64,000 nt of DNA from Iphione sp. A-MEVVRFRX5 (lineage: Eukaryota). The position numbers and the translations under genes are program-made. Shown here one piece after another: positions 1-12,614 of this stretch. Where the stretch lies: contig OZ320319.1 of NCBI GenBank assembly GCA_976226885.1, positions 77,810,001 through 77,874,000 of the forward strand. Reading direction: 5' to 3'. The notes under the pieces are model-generated. The model was not told the origin of the DNA. It made no database searches and saw only the letters and a list, made by a program, of their open reading frames with translations. How positions within the stretch are numbered: the stretch's first letter is position 1; every line of letters begins with the position of its first letter.

Positions 1-3000
1 GTATAAACCACTGGACTGTTTGCCACGGCTCTCATTATAAGAACCGCTGTTAAAACGGAAAGATCCATTGAACGCTTCAACAGCAGGAAACCCCGGCATA
101 AGACAATACTTTATGACTCTCGTGTTCTCAGAGCACCCCGCCTTTCCCATGGTAAACTCCGGTGGGTTCCCTGGCTTATCGCGCATTCCCCTCACATAAA
201 ACATACTGCTCGGACCCACCCCACAACATGGCCGTGCCCACCTCTTCAAGCTCCAAGTAGATGTTGTACCTGTATCTCTGGTTCGCCGGAGACTGGTATT
301 GACACAAAAAACGGCGACAAGGTAAGACTCCCATGGACGGGGGGCCAAGGAGTACGCTGTACCCAGTACAAGTGTCATTGAGGGATCTCGAGTGGAACCC
401 TCATAGTGTTAATATTACGAATGCGACACATCGTAGTGACAAAGTTGCATTGTACTCCGTTGTTTTGTCTTCAAACCCAAACTACCTGAGTTTTCCCCCT
501 ATTGTACCGATTCACAGATATATTACATGCATAAAAAGGAAAGTGAAATGTGTTCAGTCCCACCGCGTCGTCCTCTTTCCATATTGCTGACATTTATGCA
601 CAATGAAAGATGACACTGTGGAGAATCAATAACGGCATTCTTTCTCCAAGCATTCTGGGTTCATAGGTCATACCTTGTTTAGGACGACTATGAAGAAAAA
701 AAGAGTTGATATGGGAATGTTTGAAGGGAAAGACATCCGAGAACCAGACTTAAAATATCACGAGGAAAAAACAAGGCGCAGAAAGTGTGAGGTAACGAAA
801 GGAATGATAATGAGGCTGGCAAAGATTGGCAAATCGATTCTGTTTTTTGCATGGTTTGGAAAAAAACGTATATGTTATGTGGTTTCTTTGAAGTGGTATT
901 TTCTGTATCGTTGGCTTTGTCATTGGGAATACATGTACTTGCAAACTCGGGACACAGTTCGTGTCATTATTCTATGATGTTGTGCGAATACATGTATGTA
1001 TGTTCAACTGTTAATATTGAAATGTAGATAGATAATCTTAAAATGAAGCTTTACGATGCTGTACTTTACATTGCAATGGTAACCCTACACTCTACTTCAA
1101 TCACATTATCTACAAGGTACGCAAACAGTGTTACAAATCGGTAAGAGGGACAGGGAGTGAGACCGAAAAAAAGATCGAAAGAAGGGGACGAAGGTGCAAT
1201 TAGGGCCATTAACCTGGGCATGGTGGACCTCTACTCCTGTTCCTCAGAACCTGCTCCTGTCTCCCACTCCTGGAGCTGCCTACTTATTGGCAGGGGGAGG
1301 CGAGGGGGGGGGGAGGCTATGAGGAACAGGAAGAGAGGTTAGTCTGCAGATGAGAAACAACAGCACTGTTTTGTAGATGTGACACTCCTACAAGACCAGA
1401 GAGGGAGGGATATTCGGGCCTTGTATTGCTGAATGCAACGAAATACCTCAGGCATATCGATCACTTATATACATCTGGATCATGAGGTGTACAGAGGAGA
1501 AGAAGTCAAGAGAGAGACCAGGAGGTGGGGGAGGGAGCGATGAAAAGGCCAAAAAATGAACTCGCGTGGACCAAAGACATGGAATTTAAGTGGCAGAGAT
1601 GGGAGGACACCAGTGAGACAGAACAGGAAGGCGACAGACTGGGGAGTGTGGTGGAGGGATACAAAATCATCGTCTTGAAGGTGGTGTTTTCCCTATCGTT
1701 TCAATTGCCTCGCGGGCAACGTTTCATCTTCAAAAAGGCAGCATCTCAAGGCGACGCTTTATAGTCTCATCGTGCGCCTTGGGCCCTGTCACCGTGTCAG
1801 GGAGTACTGCCTTACCGTTCCCATCAGGTCCCTTGCCTTGTGGACCTCAATGGTTTCAGGATAGAAAAAGGAATGGTAGAGGATGGCATTTTCACAGGCC
1901 ACACTGCCGAATGGTAATTGTTCCTTGTATATGGACAAAGATAATCGAGTTTGGTTTGAAATTAAGATGGTGAATTTTTCTGCCTTCCAGTCTTTGCCGT
2001 CTGTATTAGATACAAAAGGGTCTTAATAAGGCAGAGAATATGTATTTAAGCAGAAGTGAATAATGTATGATATGTTAAAGTTACATCATAGAGCAAATTA
2101 AAAATTTAAATAACGCCTCGGTATTTAGATCAGAGAAGGTCCTTCTAATTTCGACATATTTCCTTGTGAACTCATACGCTTTCTCTGTCATATTCACAAG
2201 CGGTCTTTTTTGTTTAAACTAAACGTTTTAATATCTATCTAGAATACATGTATATAATAGGCACGGTTTGGCAATTTCACACAGGGATGGTAATGAAAAT
2301 AACTATACCGCTATTATACGTTTGTATTATTATATAGAAGATGACTAAAATGTCCTGCAGAACGAAATATTCTATATCATAAGACTTTCAAATTTGTTGC
2401 CGTTATACGTGTACATATATATATACATATATGTAAAATATTGCACCTCCACTCACAAAGCGAAGTTTCCCTATCAGAATATTTAACAGATGAAAAGGGA
2501 ACATGAAATATCGACTGGCACCAGTGGGTCCCAATACAAAATAAACAACCAGTGAACTCGCTGTACCTGGATCATAATTGAAAATGAACTTACTAACGGT
2601 AGGGGTGTAATTAATATAAGTATAGCGATGGAGAGGTAAATACATGCCTGTAAAGAGATGCAATGTGTGAACATGTAAATGTGTAGTGCTGAAATTGTTC
2701 AAAAGATAAAAACCTCTTGGAGTGCAATCTATCCCACCATTTATGCAGTGATTATGACGCCAAGCAATGGGCAAATGAACTGTTTTAGTAATTTGTATAA
2801 TTTCATTTTCCCTTGAGACATAATATAATTAGTGGATGATTATCCAGTGTTAATTAACAATATGGTATATACATATGATACCAAAGATATTATAATGTCT
2901 CTTAGTCTAGTGGAGTGCTGGCAGTTAGTAGATTTGAACAAGTAACAAAAGTAAAAAATCTGGTTCACTCCATATACACAAAAATAGTTGTGCATAGGTG

Positions 3001-6000
3001 ATCTCTCTTGTGAATGCAAAAAGAAAGGGTCTGTTTATTCAGGGAAACATGCTTACTTATATACTCCATGGTTACATAATAGTTGCTAATAATAATCAAA
3101 ATGTCTAGACATATGTCTAGACTGGAGGAGATTACATATTCATTACATAACTTGTGCTAGATTTAGCTACGGACTCCCTTTTGTGCCATAGCAATATATG
3201 TCATAGTTGCCAAGTACACAATAACTTATATATAGTGCAATCCATGTCAAGCCTGAAACGCATCATTCGAGGTGGTTCACCCCAAACAGACCACTACCAC
3301 TACCAAAGGGAATGTTACCACATGGATTCATGCACACACTACAATATTTTAACTGAAAAAAACTATTCATATGACTTTGTCAATGATACACAAATGTTAT
3401 GGTTTCTATATAAATGTACATTGCGTACTTCTGAGCTCGCAATCTCAGCTAGAAGTGAGAGAACTCCAATCAAATGGGTCCACGGCCAGTGTTGTCTGTT
3501 ATTTGAGTATTATCTTAAGAAATAGCGATAGACAGAATTTTTATGAGCATCCCTATGAATCACTAGCTTCTAATTCAGTTATCCTAGAAGGAGTAGAATA
3601 AATGGGAGTAGGATCAGTAGCAAAATTATACTTAAACATAAGCAACTGCTGTGTTGAGCCACGAGAGGAAATGTTTATGTATACATAATCGTCTTGACAA
3701 GGACTTTATCTAACTTAAACCTCCCCCTTACGACTGTATGGTGTGTTGATGGGTTTAATCGATCAAAATACAGCAAATGTTACCACAGGTCACTAGTCAT
3801 TGAAGTGATTTAGCACCAAGAATAGCCTAGAAGGTTTGGAGGCCAGTGGCCTGCCAAGGCAGAGTTGAGGTGGCCATCGAAATATCTGTGACAGGACAGG
3901 AATAAGGTTTTATTACCCAGTCAACAAGTTCTGTAGAAAGATAAACACGAAATCATAAAGAGCATATGTTTACCAAAACTCTATTAAGTAATATACGCTG
4001 TTTTGATCCGAAAAAGAGAAAGTTGGGTGTGGAGGGTGTCCCCAAACATTAATCAACAAAATATCAAGAACTTCTACCGGTGGTTATGTTAAAGATGCCT
4101 TAAATTTATGAAAATATGACAAATTTTACTGGAGACTGCAATAAGGATATCTTGAAGGCACTGAAATATGGCAACTCCTTTCTAAAGATGGCTTTAATTC
4201 CCGAAAATATAGCAAATATTATTAGAGGTTACTCCAAGGATTACTTAAATTTAAAAAAAAAAGAGGCGGGGTCTTCTCCAACATCATTTCAAGTTTCCAA
4301 TAGTTCAAGCTGTGGACATACTTTAAGTAGATATACTACGAGTGGGTGGTTCCGATGGCTCTGTCCGAGGGCTTTATGATCTACAAAGGCCAGTACAATA
4401 CTATAAACATTTCCAGTCTCGGTGGCGCGGTTGCCAAGAGCGCGGGGACCCATAACATGCAGGGAAGGCTCTATATCCAAACATTAGCAGTATAGAGCAA
4501 ATCAACGGTGAACTTACGGGAAATAAAGTCGTCGAGAGGACGGTTGGGATAAAGATCGAAAAGGGTGGCAGGTATGGTTATATGCATATATTGCATACAT
4601 GTGTCACACCATGCAGTGACAGCTGGAAGTATAGGGGAAAATAGGTAAATGTGCAGTAATGTGCTATAATTTGGGATACATTCGAATTAGATGTCACACT
4701 TGGACATACTATTATATAGGAATTAGGTATGGGCATCTCTCTAATTCAGATATCTTACAAGGACATTCAGTAGTGAAAGTGTAATTTTCAAAGATAGGCA
4801 ACTGCTCTGTATGTACAACTGCTCTGTATGTAATTACTATGATGTGACTTTTCTGTTGTTTTTTTACACTTCAAGGTATTTCGAAAGATCTCTTATCTGT
4901 GCTTTAAGTTTGACAGCCCACCTTCAGGCGTATCATGGCTACCTTAAGGAGTATCATCTCACCTTCCAGGTACATGACCTTTGGTAGGTATGCGCAAGAC
5001 TCCATGACAGAGCATTTTTCTCTCCTAATTTAGCCCGTTTCACGAGAGATCATCTACCGCAATGGAGTGGTGAGCAAGTGATCTGTATTCCCAACGCGAT
5101 AAATCGGGTTACTAAGATACCGGAATACGAAGGCATGGTGACGTAGGGTTAGCACAGGAAGCTGGCATTCTAGATTTAAATGATATGTTTCTGCATACCG
5201 TTTAGGCAAAAGGACGATCTTGCAGCGCCCACCTAAGTCCTCACTTGATGTAGGCTTAGTATCAGGTGAGGAGAAATATGTAGAAAACAAAGAGTCACTC
5301 CACACACAGAATAATGATGGCAGGACCAATAACAATAGAGCATTCTCATGCATTTCCTCACGTGTAATTTACCAGGCAGATTTTATATTTAGTAGTTAAG
5401 AGAAGTTAAAGCAGTTGTTCCGGGAGGGGCTGGGAATGTGTCCCATTTACACTTCTTCTGATTAAATGTACATTAATGGAAATAATCAGTGAGGTGAAGA
5501 GGGTTATGCCTGTCTGGGTCACAAATCTGATTCAGACATCAAAAAAGGCAGCCCAATTACGCAGACGTCACCAGGAGCTCTTGTCGATAGTCACGCTTAT
5601 TACATACACCACACACGCCTACATTACATGTAATTATACAGACTAGATGTGTGTGTATATAACTAGGTGCATATATACTCACCTTGATTAAGGCATACTG
5701 TTGACAAGGACACTGAGACGGTTTAACAGTAGTGTAGGAAACCGAAACCCATCCCAGAATGCAATTGTTGACGAAATAATGAAAGGTGCTTAATTATCGC
5801 TCAAGTGACCACTTGTAAACGATGATCAGTGGTGATTGTCTCCGGATGATGCGCGACTATGCCGAGTGGGATGCACATCACTCACACAATATGGGAAAAC
5901 ATATAACAAATCCTGGCGCTATTTCATCACAGCCATTTTATGCTCCAATGTTGCTTACATTACGTTACATTGCAACCGAGGTTACCTTAATAGATTGCAG

Positions 6001-6899
6001 GGAAAACAGGTTTTTGTTTGTAAATGATTTATTATCGTTTAATAAGGAGGGAATAGCAGTCATTTGAACTGGAAAGCATCTTTCTATAGTAGCAATCATC
6101 CACAGTCGGTTGACAAAGATTGCCCGATCAGTATCACTCTTGTGAAACGCAGTTGTATTTTTCACTGCGACTTAATTTCAGACAAACATAAAAGGAGGGG
6201 TCGTCGGCTATTTCCTCTCGCGTGGTTTATCTTAACCTCCGTCCGGGGGCTATATCAGGTTCCGGGTGGAAAAGGGGCGAAAAAAATGTGACCAGCAGAG
6301 ACGGTAAACGCTCGCGGCAAGCTCTCCGATTACTTGTCTGGGAGCCAGGCTGTGATTGGCTGGGCAGTCAGCAGCTTGTACGCTGAGCAAAGTCTGACGG
6401 GTCTGCAGTGTTTGATGTCAGAGCCCGTCCATGCATGAACGACGCCAGACTCTGCAGGTACAACTCGTGACTAAAGTCATTCCAGTCCTCGTAGGTGATA
6501 TCTTCTCGGACATTTCAGTAGGTAATGGAAAGGTGGTAGCAACATATCCGCACCAAAAAAAGCCTCAGAACTTAGATGGCGGAGGTATTTACAAGCAGAA
6601 ATGCCTTGAACAAAATAAGTATCAATAACTCGTGATCATGAGTGCTTTTGGAATATTGATTACGCCATTTTTTTTATATACGTGTTCCTTAAGTCTTTCT
6701 TAACCTGCATGTGCCTTCATCTTCTCCCTTCAATTCTGAGTGTGAAGAAATGCTGGGCTCAGTACGTTTGGGGCTGTCCCAAAGGTAAATACGCAGAACG
6801 TTGTTAAGACAGCGTGGCGTTTAGTTCGAGTTCTGTTCTGCCTCAGAGCTATAGAAGTATATGGGAATACATGTCAGTGTTTATGTTCTTCGGGTTGAA

Positions 6900-7450
6900 C
6901 CCAGGTCACATCAACAATGCCTCCAGAGAACTTCATCTTGTCCTCACGCTATAATAGGTCTAATCAATCTTAGGGAGTGGCAAGCTTGGTGACTGGTGCA
7001 TTATCAGTCATCCTTAGTCGTTATAGAGTCCATTAAGGAAGGAGAGCTGCTTCTCACAGAAGACAACGGCCACGTATTTACATGTAAAAGTATGTATGAA
7101 CGAATAAAAACAAGCTTGATTGGCCTTACGTGGCTTTCTATTGTGACGATTTATTCGCCAATGGTTTCTAAAGGCGAGGCAATTTTGAATTCATTTGTTC
7201 ATCAAACGTTCGTACGACGGAGAAATATAGGGGTTGACTCTGCCATGGCTAACGAGCGTACATTCAGACGTGCACTGGAGAGCCTTACCTGTCATAATGT
7301 TAGCCAATCCTTTGGTCATGACGGTGAAAAGAGACACTTTGGTCACTGGTCTGTTGTACACAAAGTCCGTGTTTTTTTTCTATGGTCCCATATTTATAAT
7401 ACTGTCGTCCTCAAATCGTTAGCTCGGAGGCTAACTACTGAAGTTGACTT
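6900..7450 (-). mobile_element. Highly decayed LINE (CR1/L2-like) reverse-transcriptase remnant, tentative
   Basis: Minus-strand frame reads NTDFVYNRPVTKVSLFTVMTKGLANIM...IQNCLAFRNH...KYVAVVFC with stops. This loosely follows the LINE RT order NYRPISLL..SK.LE.I / QxGFR / VxxVFLD. The 191-aa plus-strand ORF (6996-7571) looks like its antisense shadow. Confidence 0.3.
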
Positions 7451-8769
7451 TGTGAAGGCAATGAAGGGAACGACGCTATATATAAGGGTTGTTTTCTCTC
7501 ACAGCACATACATGAATACCGTCAAGGCATCAGAGCTTGATATGATTGTATACACTGGCATATTTTCCTGATGTCCAAGGATGTAGCGTACTGTACTTAT
7601 GTACTCTAATAGATTTAAGACCAACTATTTTACTAGCACGAAATCAAACTACCATTTGTTCATCTTCAGTGGTAAAACTCATTGTACCTCGATGCATTGA
7701 GAAATGGAAAAAAACCCTTCAATTCAATTGACCAATTGCACAACATGTGGTCACAATCAAATAAACGGGTGGGAATGATGCACTTCTAACCATTTGCAGG
7801 GACAACTGATTGAGCTGTCAGAGGAAATGGTTAAAACACGTCATTATGATGCTGGATATACAGAATGTTTCTAAGTTACCTACGATTGGTCAATTCAATG
7901 GGCCACTAAAGGTAAAAGCAGACTGAGAGTATACACATGTGTATAGACCGTGTTGATGCCCAGGGACGAGGGTAGAGCTCTCTGGGCAGTAACTATACCA
8001 CATCTCACTTTTGAGAAGACCAGACTAACTCACTGCTTATGAAAGAATAACTACCATACTGACTCCTCATGATATGTCTGCACAGATGGTATCAATGCAT
8101 GTATCGAAGAGGATTCCAGACAGAAAAAGCAAAAAAAAACAAAAATTTGGCAAAACGTTTACTTGCCCTCCGCCGTTTACACCTTCGTGTAAAAGAATGA
8201 CTGGGGAGGGTAACGTAAATATAATAACTACGATAAAGCAAACACTGTATCAACTTCGACTATTAGTGTTCCCTTCTTGATTTGCTATAGTATTTTGTAG
8301 TGCTAATTGCCCCTGCCTTCAATTGAGGAGATCATCTTGGGAGACCACAATAGTATTTTCTCCATTGCAGCCTATTTCACCGTGCTTCCCCCTTTAACTC
8401 AGTGTGTAGCAACCGTTTATTACTCCACCCCCGTTCCTGCCCAGCATCTAACGCCGAAGGGACAAGCACAATGAGAGCTATCGAAGCTCAGCAAGAAGGG
8501 TCACCCCGTCCAGATAGAGATCGTGAGACTGGCCTGTTGCTGTATGGAGGAGGAGGTTAACTGGCGGTTACAATGACTAGCCAGGACGGGGTCTTCTTGT
8601 CAGTCATCAAGGTATCCAGCAGACAACGCATGCACTCTTATCGTCAAAGGATCCAAGCTCGCGGAACGGTTCACGGTGGGCCATCACGTTCGTGTCAGAC
8701 AAACCGTGATGGAAACGCTGCAGTGAGCCCGCCTGAAACCCCACCTCGCCTCTATCTATGGTCTTCATT

Positions 8770-8810
8770 CTCTCCCTCTCATTCGGTCTCTCTTTCTTTC
8801 TCTTTATCCT

Positions 8811-8850
<40 letters not shown>
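8770..8850. repeat. (CT)n microsatellite / pyrimidine tract
   Basis: Direct reading: tctctctctc... run at about 8814-8848 within a CT-rich tract. Confidence 0.9.
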
Positions 8851-8851
<1 letters not shown>

Positions 8852-11471
8852 GATCCCTCTCGCTTTCTCTTTTCATCCAGGTAGCAGCAATCAATAGTTA
8901 AATCAAGCGGGCTTTGAATTTCATGCGAAACACCAACTTTGCTACCCAAAAAGCCAACGGGGAAAATACCACTTGACGTAATCTAGTGCACGGTGGCGAA
9001 AGATTACGTCAGGGTGCACATCGTGTTCTTTTGCACGCTCTGTGGGCCTGTAAGACGGAGGAGACAAAAGTAGAGAGGCATGAGGGCGAGAGAAGGTTAA
9101 CTTTATGCATGCGAGTTATTTGTTACACTGGCCAAGGAGGGATACAGACCACGTGATGGATTGCGTGATGTCACATGACTATAAAGTCGCTCCTCGGCAA
9201 ACGCTGCCCGAGAGTGGGGGAGACAAGACAGATTGCTTCGTCTATAGAGCTGTCTGCGCGGAGAATGTGAAATGAGACATGGACATGTCTTTTGTGTTTT
9301 CTTTTTTATCTTCAAAAACCAACCATAGTCTCCTCATCATGCTTTACAGGTGTCATGATACTTTACTAGAACGCACCCGCAAAAAGTAATAGAAAACATG
9401 CATAGGCTTTCAGGGGGGACTGTGTCTGCATGCAAAGTAAAGCATTTTGCTCTGAATAACCTGACTAACCTTTTCTATTCGAAGGCAACATACTAATTTC
9501 TCGAAGACAGTGAGAATGATAAGTATCAGTCGAGGAACTAAAATGGAAAGAGACCTACAATATTAGAAGGGGTAGTATTGAACCAGGATTGTGGCGAAAA
9601 TGGAGACCCATATCTATTCTCGGTCAAGCATACAGTGAAACCTTTATGCATTATTTTCCGAACGGTGATACTTTTTTTCCAGGAATCACCTTACGGCAAA
9701 GCTTGTGAACGAAAGCCGTTTTGTTTTGCGAGAATTTCAGAAGACGAAATATTAAAATCAAGTGTAGAAGGTGTTTGTCTCTGGAGAAGAATAGGCCTGT
9801 CCTTGTCGGGAAATACAATGTAGACCTTTTTACTTGTAACAATATCTCTTCCACGTGTAAACACCTACATTGCTATATATCTGTGAAAAAATGTATATGG
9901 CTAATTTACGGAAGACTAGATGTTAACAGGTAACGTTGCACGTTGTGTTTTGACGTGAGATATAGATCTATCTAATAGTGATTTCCATTCATTTTTTCAT
10001 TTTCTCTCCTTTCCCTCTTGCACTCCCTCAGCCTGTAAATATTGTGGGTTTTTTTTCTGCATTGCCTTGGGGGGAATGCCTCTCTCCGCGGGAGCCCATG
10101 CTGCACTTCCAACGCTGGCAGCAGTCTCGACATGGCGAGGCAGCCTAAGGGGGGGTGGGAGTGGGGGGGGAGGTGTACATGCCGCTCCAGGTAAGTAGTG
10201 ACGATCATTTCTCTCAGCGGTAGTTGCCGGCAGAGACCACTAGTGGTGCTGCCGTCCAGGCTGGCGGAGGCGGCGGCGGGCAGGGAGCGGCAGGCTCGTC
10301 GACACAGTTCACCAACCATTGGGGCCATGCGGGCGGTGGTAGGAAAGGTAGGAAGGCAAGCACGTACGTAGCCCTGTGTCCGTCCGTTCAGTGTGTAAGT
10401 GTGTGTTACTACAGCCGGCCCATGCACCAGTCGGCCGGGATCTGTCTTCACTGACGGTCGGAGGTGGGGAAAGGAGAGCAACAACAGCTGACGCTCGGTA
10501 AAAGCCAGGTAGTTTGGGTTGGCCGTCTTGGTGAGCTGGAAAACGCACAAAGCGACACGCACCGTCACACGTCTTCTCAGGTTCTGAACGGCTGACTCCT
10601 CCACCCACCGCCGACTGTAAACCATTCAGAGGTGAGTCCGGGCTCCTCCACTCACAAGAGGCATATCACAGCCCCCCACCACAGCGTCACGATCTCTACC
10701 CCCCGCCAGATTGTTGCACCCCTGCAGCACCACTGACTGGCCCACCACACTCGGCAGCAATACTGAGTGCAGATCGGGCTTCGTTACCTGACACATTTAA
10801 GCTCCTGCTGCAGTTGGATATGATATATTGGTGTTAGTTGGTACTGACACGTTGGTCTGGTCCCGTCAGGAGGCGGCGGTGCTGGTCGTCCCACTGACAG
10901 CAGCTGGCCGCCGTATTTACACCTGGGAAGCTGGGACGGGAGCCGTGGCTCTCTCCGTCAGGACAGGTGTCACTATCGCGGAGCAGGCCGTGTCGTGCAG
11001 GAGAAAAGTCAAGTTATGGAGTACAGACCAAGCTGACAGCTACCCCTGGAACACAGGTGACTCATTATCTTCCCTATAGCCTGAACCTCTCGCCCTCAGG
11101 CTTTATTTAAAACAACAACCTACAGAGTAGCGTTGGCAGCTGTGCGTGTTTTGGGGGAGGGATCATTCTGGTCTGAAAACGTCCACCTGAAAGGGAGCTT
11201 GCTATGGGAACACTGGAAAAAAGGATACATTGATAGACGCGAGGCGTCCCTTCAAATTGGTTAATGCTACATGCTTCGACCTCACTGGTGTAAGAGAGAG
11301 AGAAAAAACAAGTTATGTGGGAAGTATTTCAATGGTGTGGCAGACAATGTAGTAACACGCGACGAGTGATCCAGTGATGCCACCAGACATTCACATTTCA
11401 ACCATTAAGGGACAATATCGGTAACGTTTCTTCAAGTCTAGTCCGGTAGGGGAGCGCTACACTACGTCACG

Positions 11472-12614
11472 ATGGGTGACAACACCTGCGACGTGAACCA
11501 AAACTCCAAAGTCGTCGCCGTGGAAGTGGCGGACGTCGTCGTACACAGTGGCCCCGACGGTCGCCCGGTCGTGGTCGGCAGCGGCGACGGCGGCGGCGGC
11601 GACGACATTGAGAAGGCGTCGGACAAACTCAAGACGCTGTCGCTCGGTACGACGGAGATCGAACCCGACAAGGGCGACGATTCGTCGACGACGTCGAGCG
11701 GCGTGTCGTCTGGCGGCTCGACCAGCATCACCGGAAGTACGGCGAGCCCCGACAAGGACGACAAGCGGCGCAAGTTCGACGTCAGCCTCGACTCGTGGAA
11801 CATCTGGAAGGAGGACATCGAGTACGCGCCCGCCTCCGACAGCGACGACGACAGCGGAGGCGGCGGAAGCATCTCGGACATTTCCGGTCTGCGGCGCTTC
11901 CGAGAGCCGCGATCGGCCGGCAGTGCCACCCTCGACAGTAAGAAGAGCCGCTTCAGCTTCCTACGACGGTTGTCACTGCGGGACTCGCGCGAGCTGAACG
12001 CCCCCAAACGGGAATCCTTTGAACTGCGGCCGCCGCCGAAGCGGCTTTCCCTCCCGGAATTGAAAATCGAGACGCTGCCGCAGTACTTCGTCGTCAAACA
12101 CCTGGGTTTTCGGCGGAGCACCGGCTTGTACGGGATGCAGCACGTGCGCGGACCCGTCGACGCGGTCGTCACCGCCGTGAGCAACATGCGACGCGGACAG
12201 GAAGTGACGCTCGCGCAGCTGCACATCACCCGCAAGGGCGTGCACATGAGCACGCACGCCGACAATCGCGGCGTCTCGCTCGACGCCGAGTTCATCCCCC
12301 TCCAGTTCATCTCCTACGCCGTCCAGGACACGGTGCACCCGCGGATCTTCTGTCTGATGGTGGTTCGGACGGCGGCGCCCAACGGACAGAAGGCCGAGTG
12401 CCACGCCTTCGCCTGCAACCGCAGCGCCACCGCCAAACGTCTGGCGCTCGCCATGCGGTTGGCCTTCGAGAAATACGCCGAGTCCCTCCAGGGTAAACCA
12501 CAACGACTCCATGTCGACCTCCATGCGGGCCGATCGTCGACGACGACGTCGACTAGCGCCAGGGACAAAGACGGATCGGCGGGGAAGGCGATCAGGTCAG
12601 AGTGCGATGCATAA
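11472..12614 (+). CDS. PTB/PID-domain adaptor protein, 380 aa, single coding exon (resembles the invertebrate CG12581-type PTB family)
   Basis: GC-rich ORF with strong C/G third-position bias and acgATGg start. The C-terminal half has PTB hallmarks: FVVKHLG..GLYGMQHVRGPVD, LHITRKGV, ISYAVQDTVHPRIFCLMVV, ECHAFAC...AKRLALAMRLAF. The N-terminus is Ser/Asp-rich and low complexity. Subfamily assignment is from memory. Confidence 0.88.
   Translation: MGDNTCDVNQNSKVVAVEVADVVVHSGPDGRPVVVGSGDGGGGDDIEKASDKLKTLSLGTTEIEPDKGDDSSTTSSGVSSGGSTSITGSTASPDKDDKRRKFDVSLDSWNIWKEDIEYAPASDSDDDSGGGGSISDISGLRRFREPRSAGSATLDSKKSRFSFLRRLSLRDSRELNAPKRESFELRPPPKRLSLPELKIETLPQYFVVKHLGFRRSTGLYGMQHVRGPVDAVVTAVSNMRRGQEVTLAQLHITRKGVHMSTHADNRGVSLDAEFIPLQFISYAVQDTVHPRIFCLMVVRTAAPNGQKAECHAFACNRSATAKRLALAMRLAFEKYAESLQGKPQRLHVDLHAGRSSTTTSTSARDKDGSAGKAIRSECDA

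Noticed and set aside
6996-7571. 191-aa plus-strand ORF
   Set aside because: No recognisable domain or coding bias; it reads like the antisense of a decayed LINE RT (WSVV is the mirror of an NYRP-like motif).
8445-8560. Possible plus-strand terminal exon (SNAEGTSTMRAIEAQQEG...LLLYGGGG*) after a good acceptor
   Set aside because: No upstream partner exons or homology found; cannot be supported as a gene.
9972-10625. 217-aa minus-strand ORF upstream of the PTB gene
   Set aside because: Lies in GC-rich promoter/5' UTR-like DNA where long ORFs arise by chance; no domain recognised.
11462-12568. Overlapping antisense and alternate-frame ORFs over the PTB gene
   Set aside because: Shadow ORFs caused by the high-GC codon bias of the real CDS.
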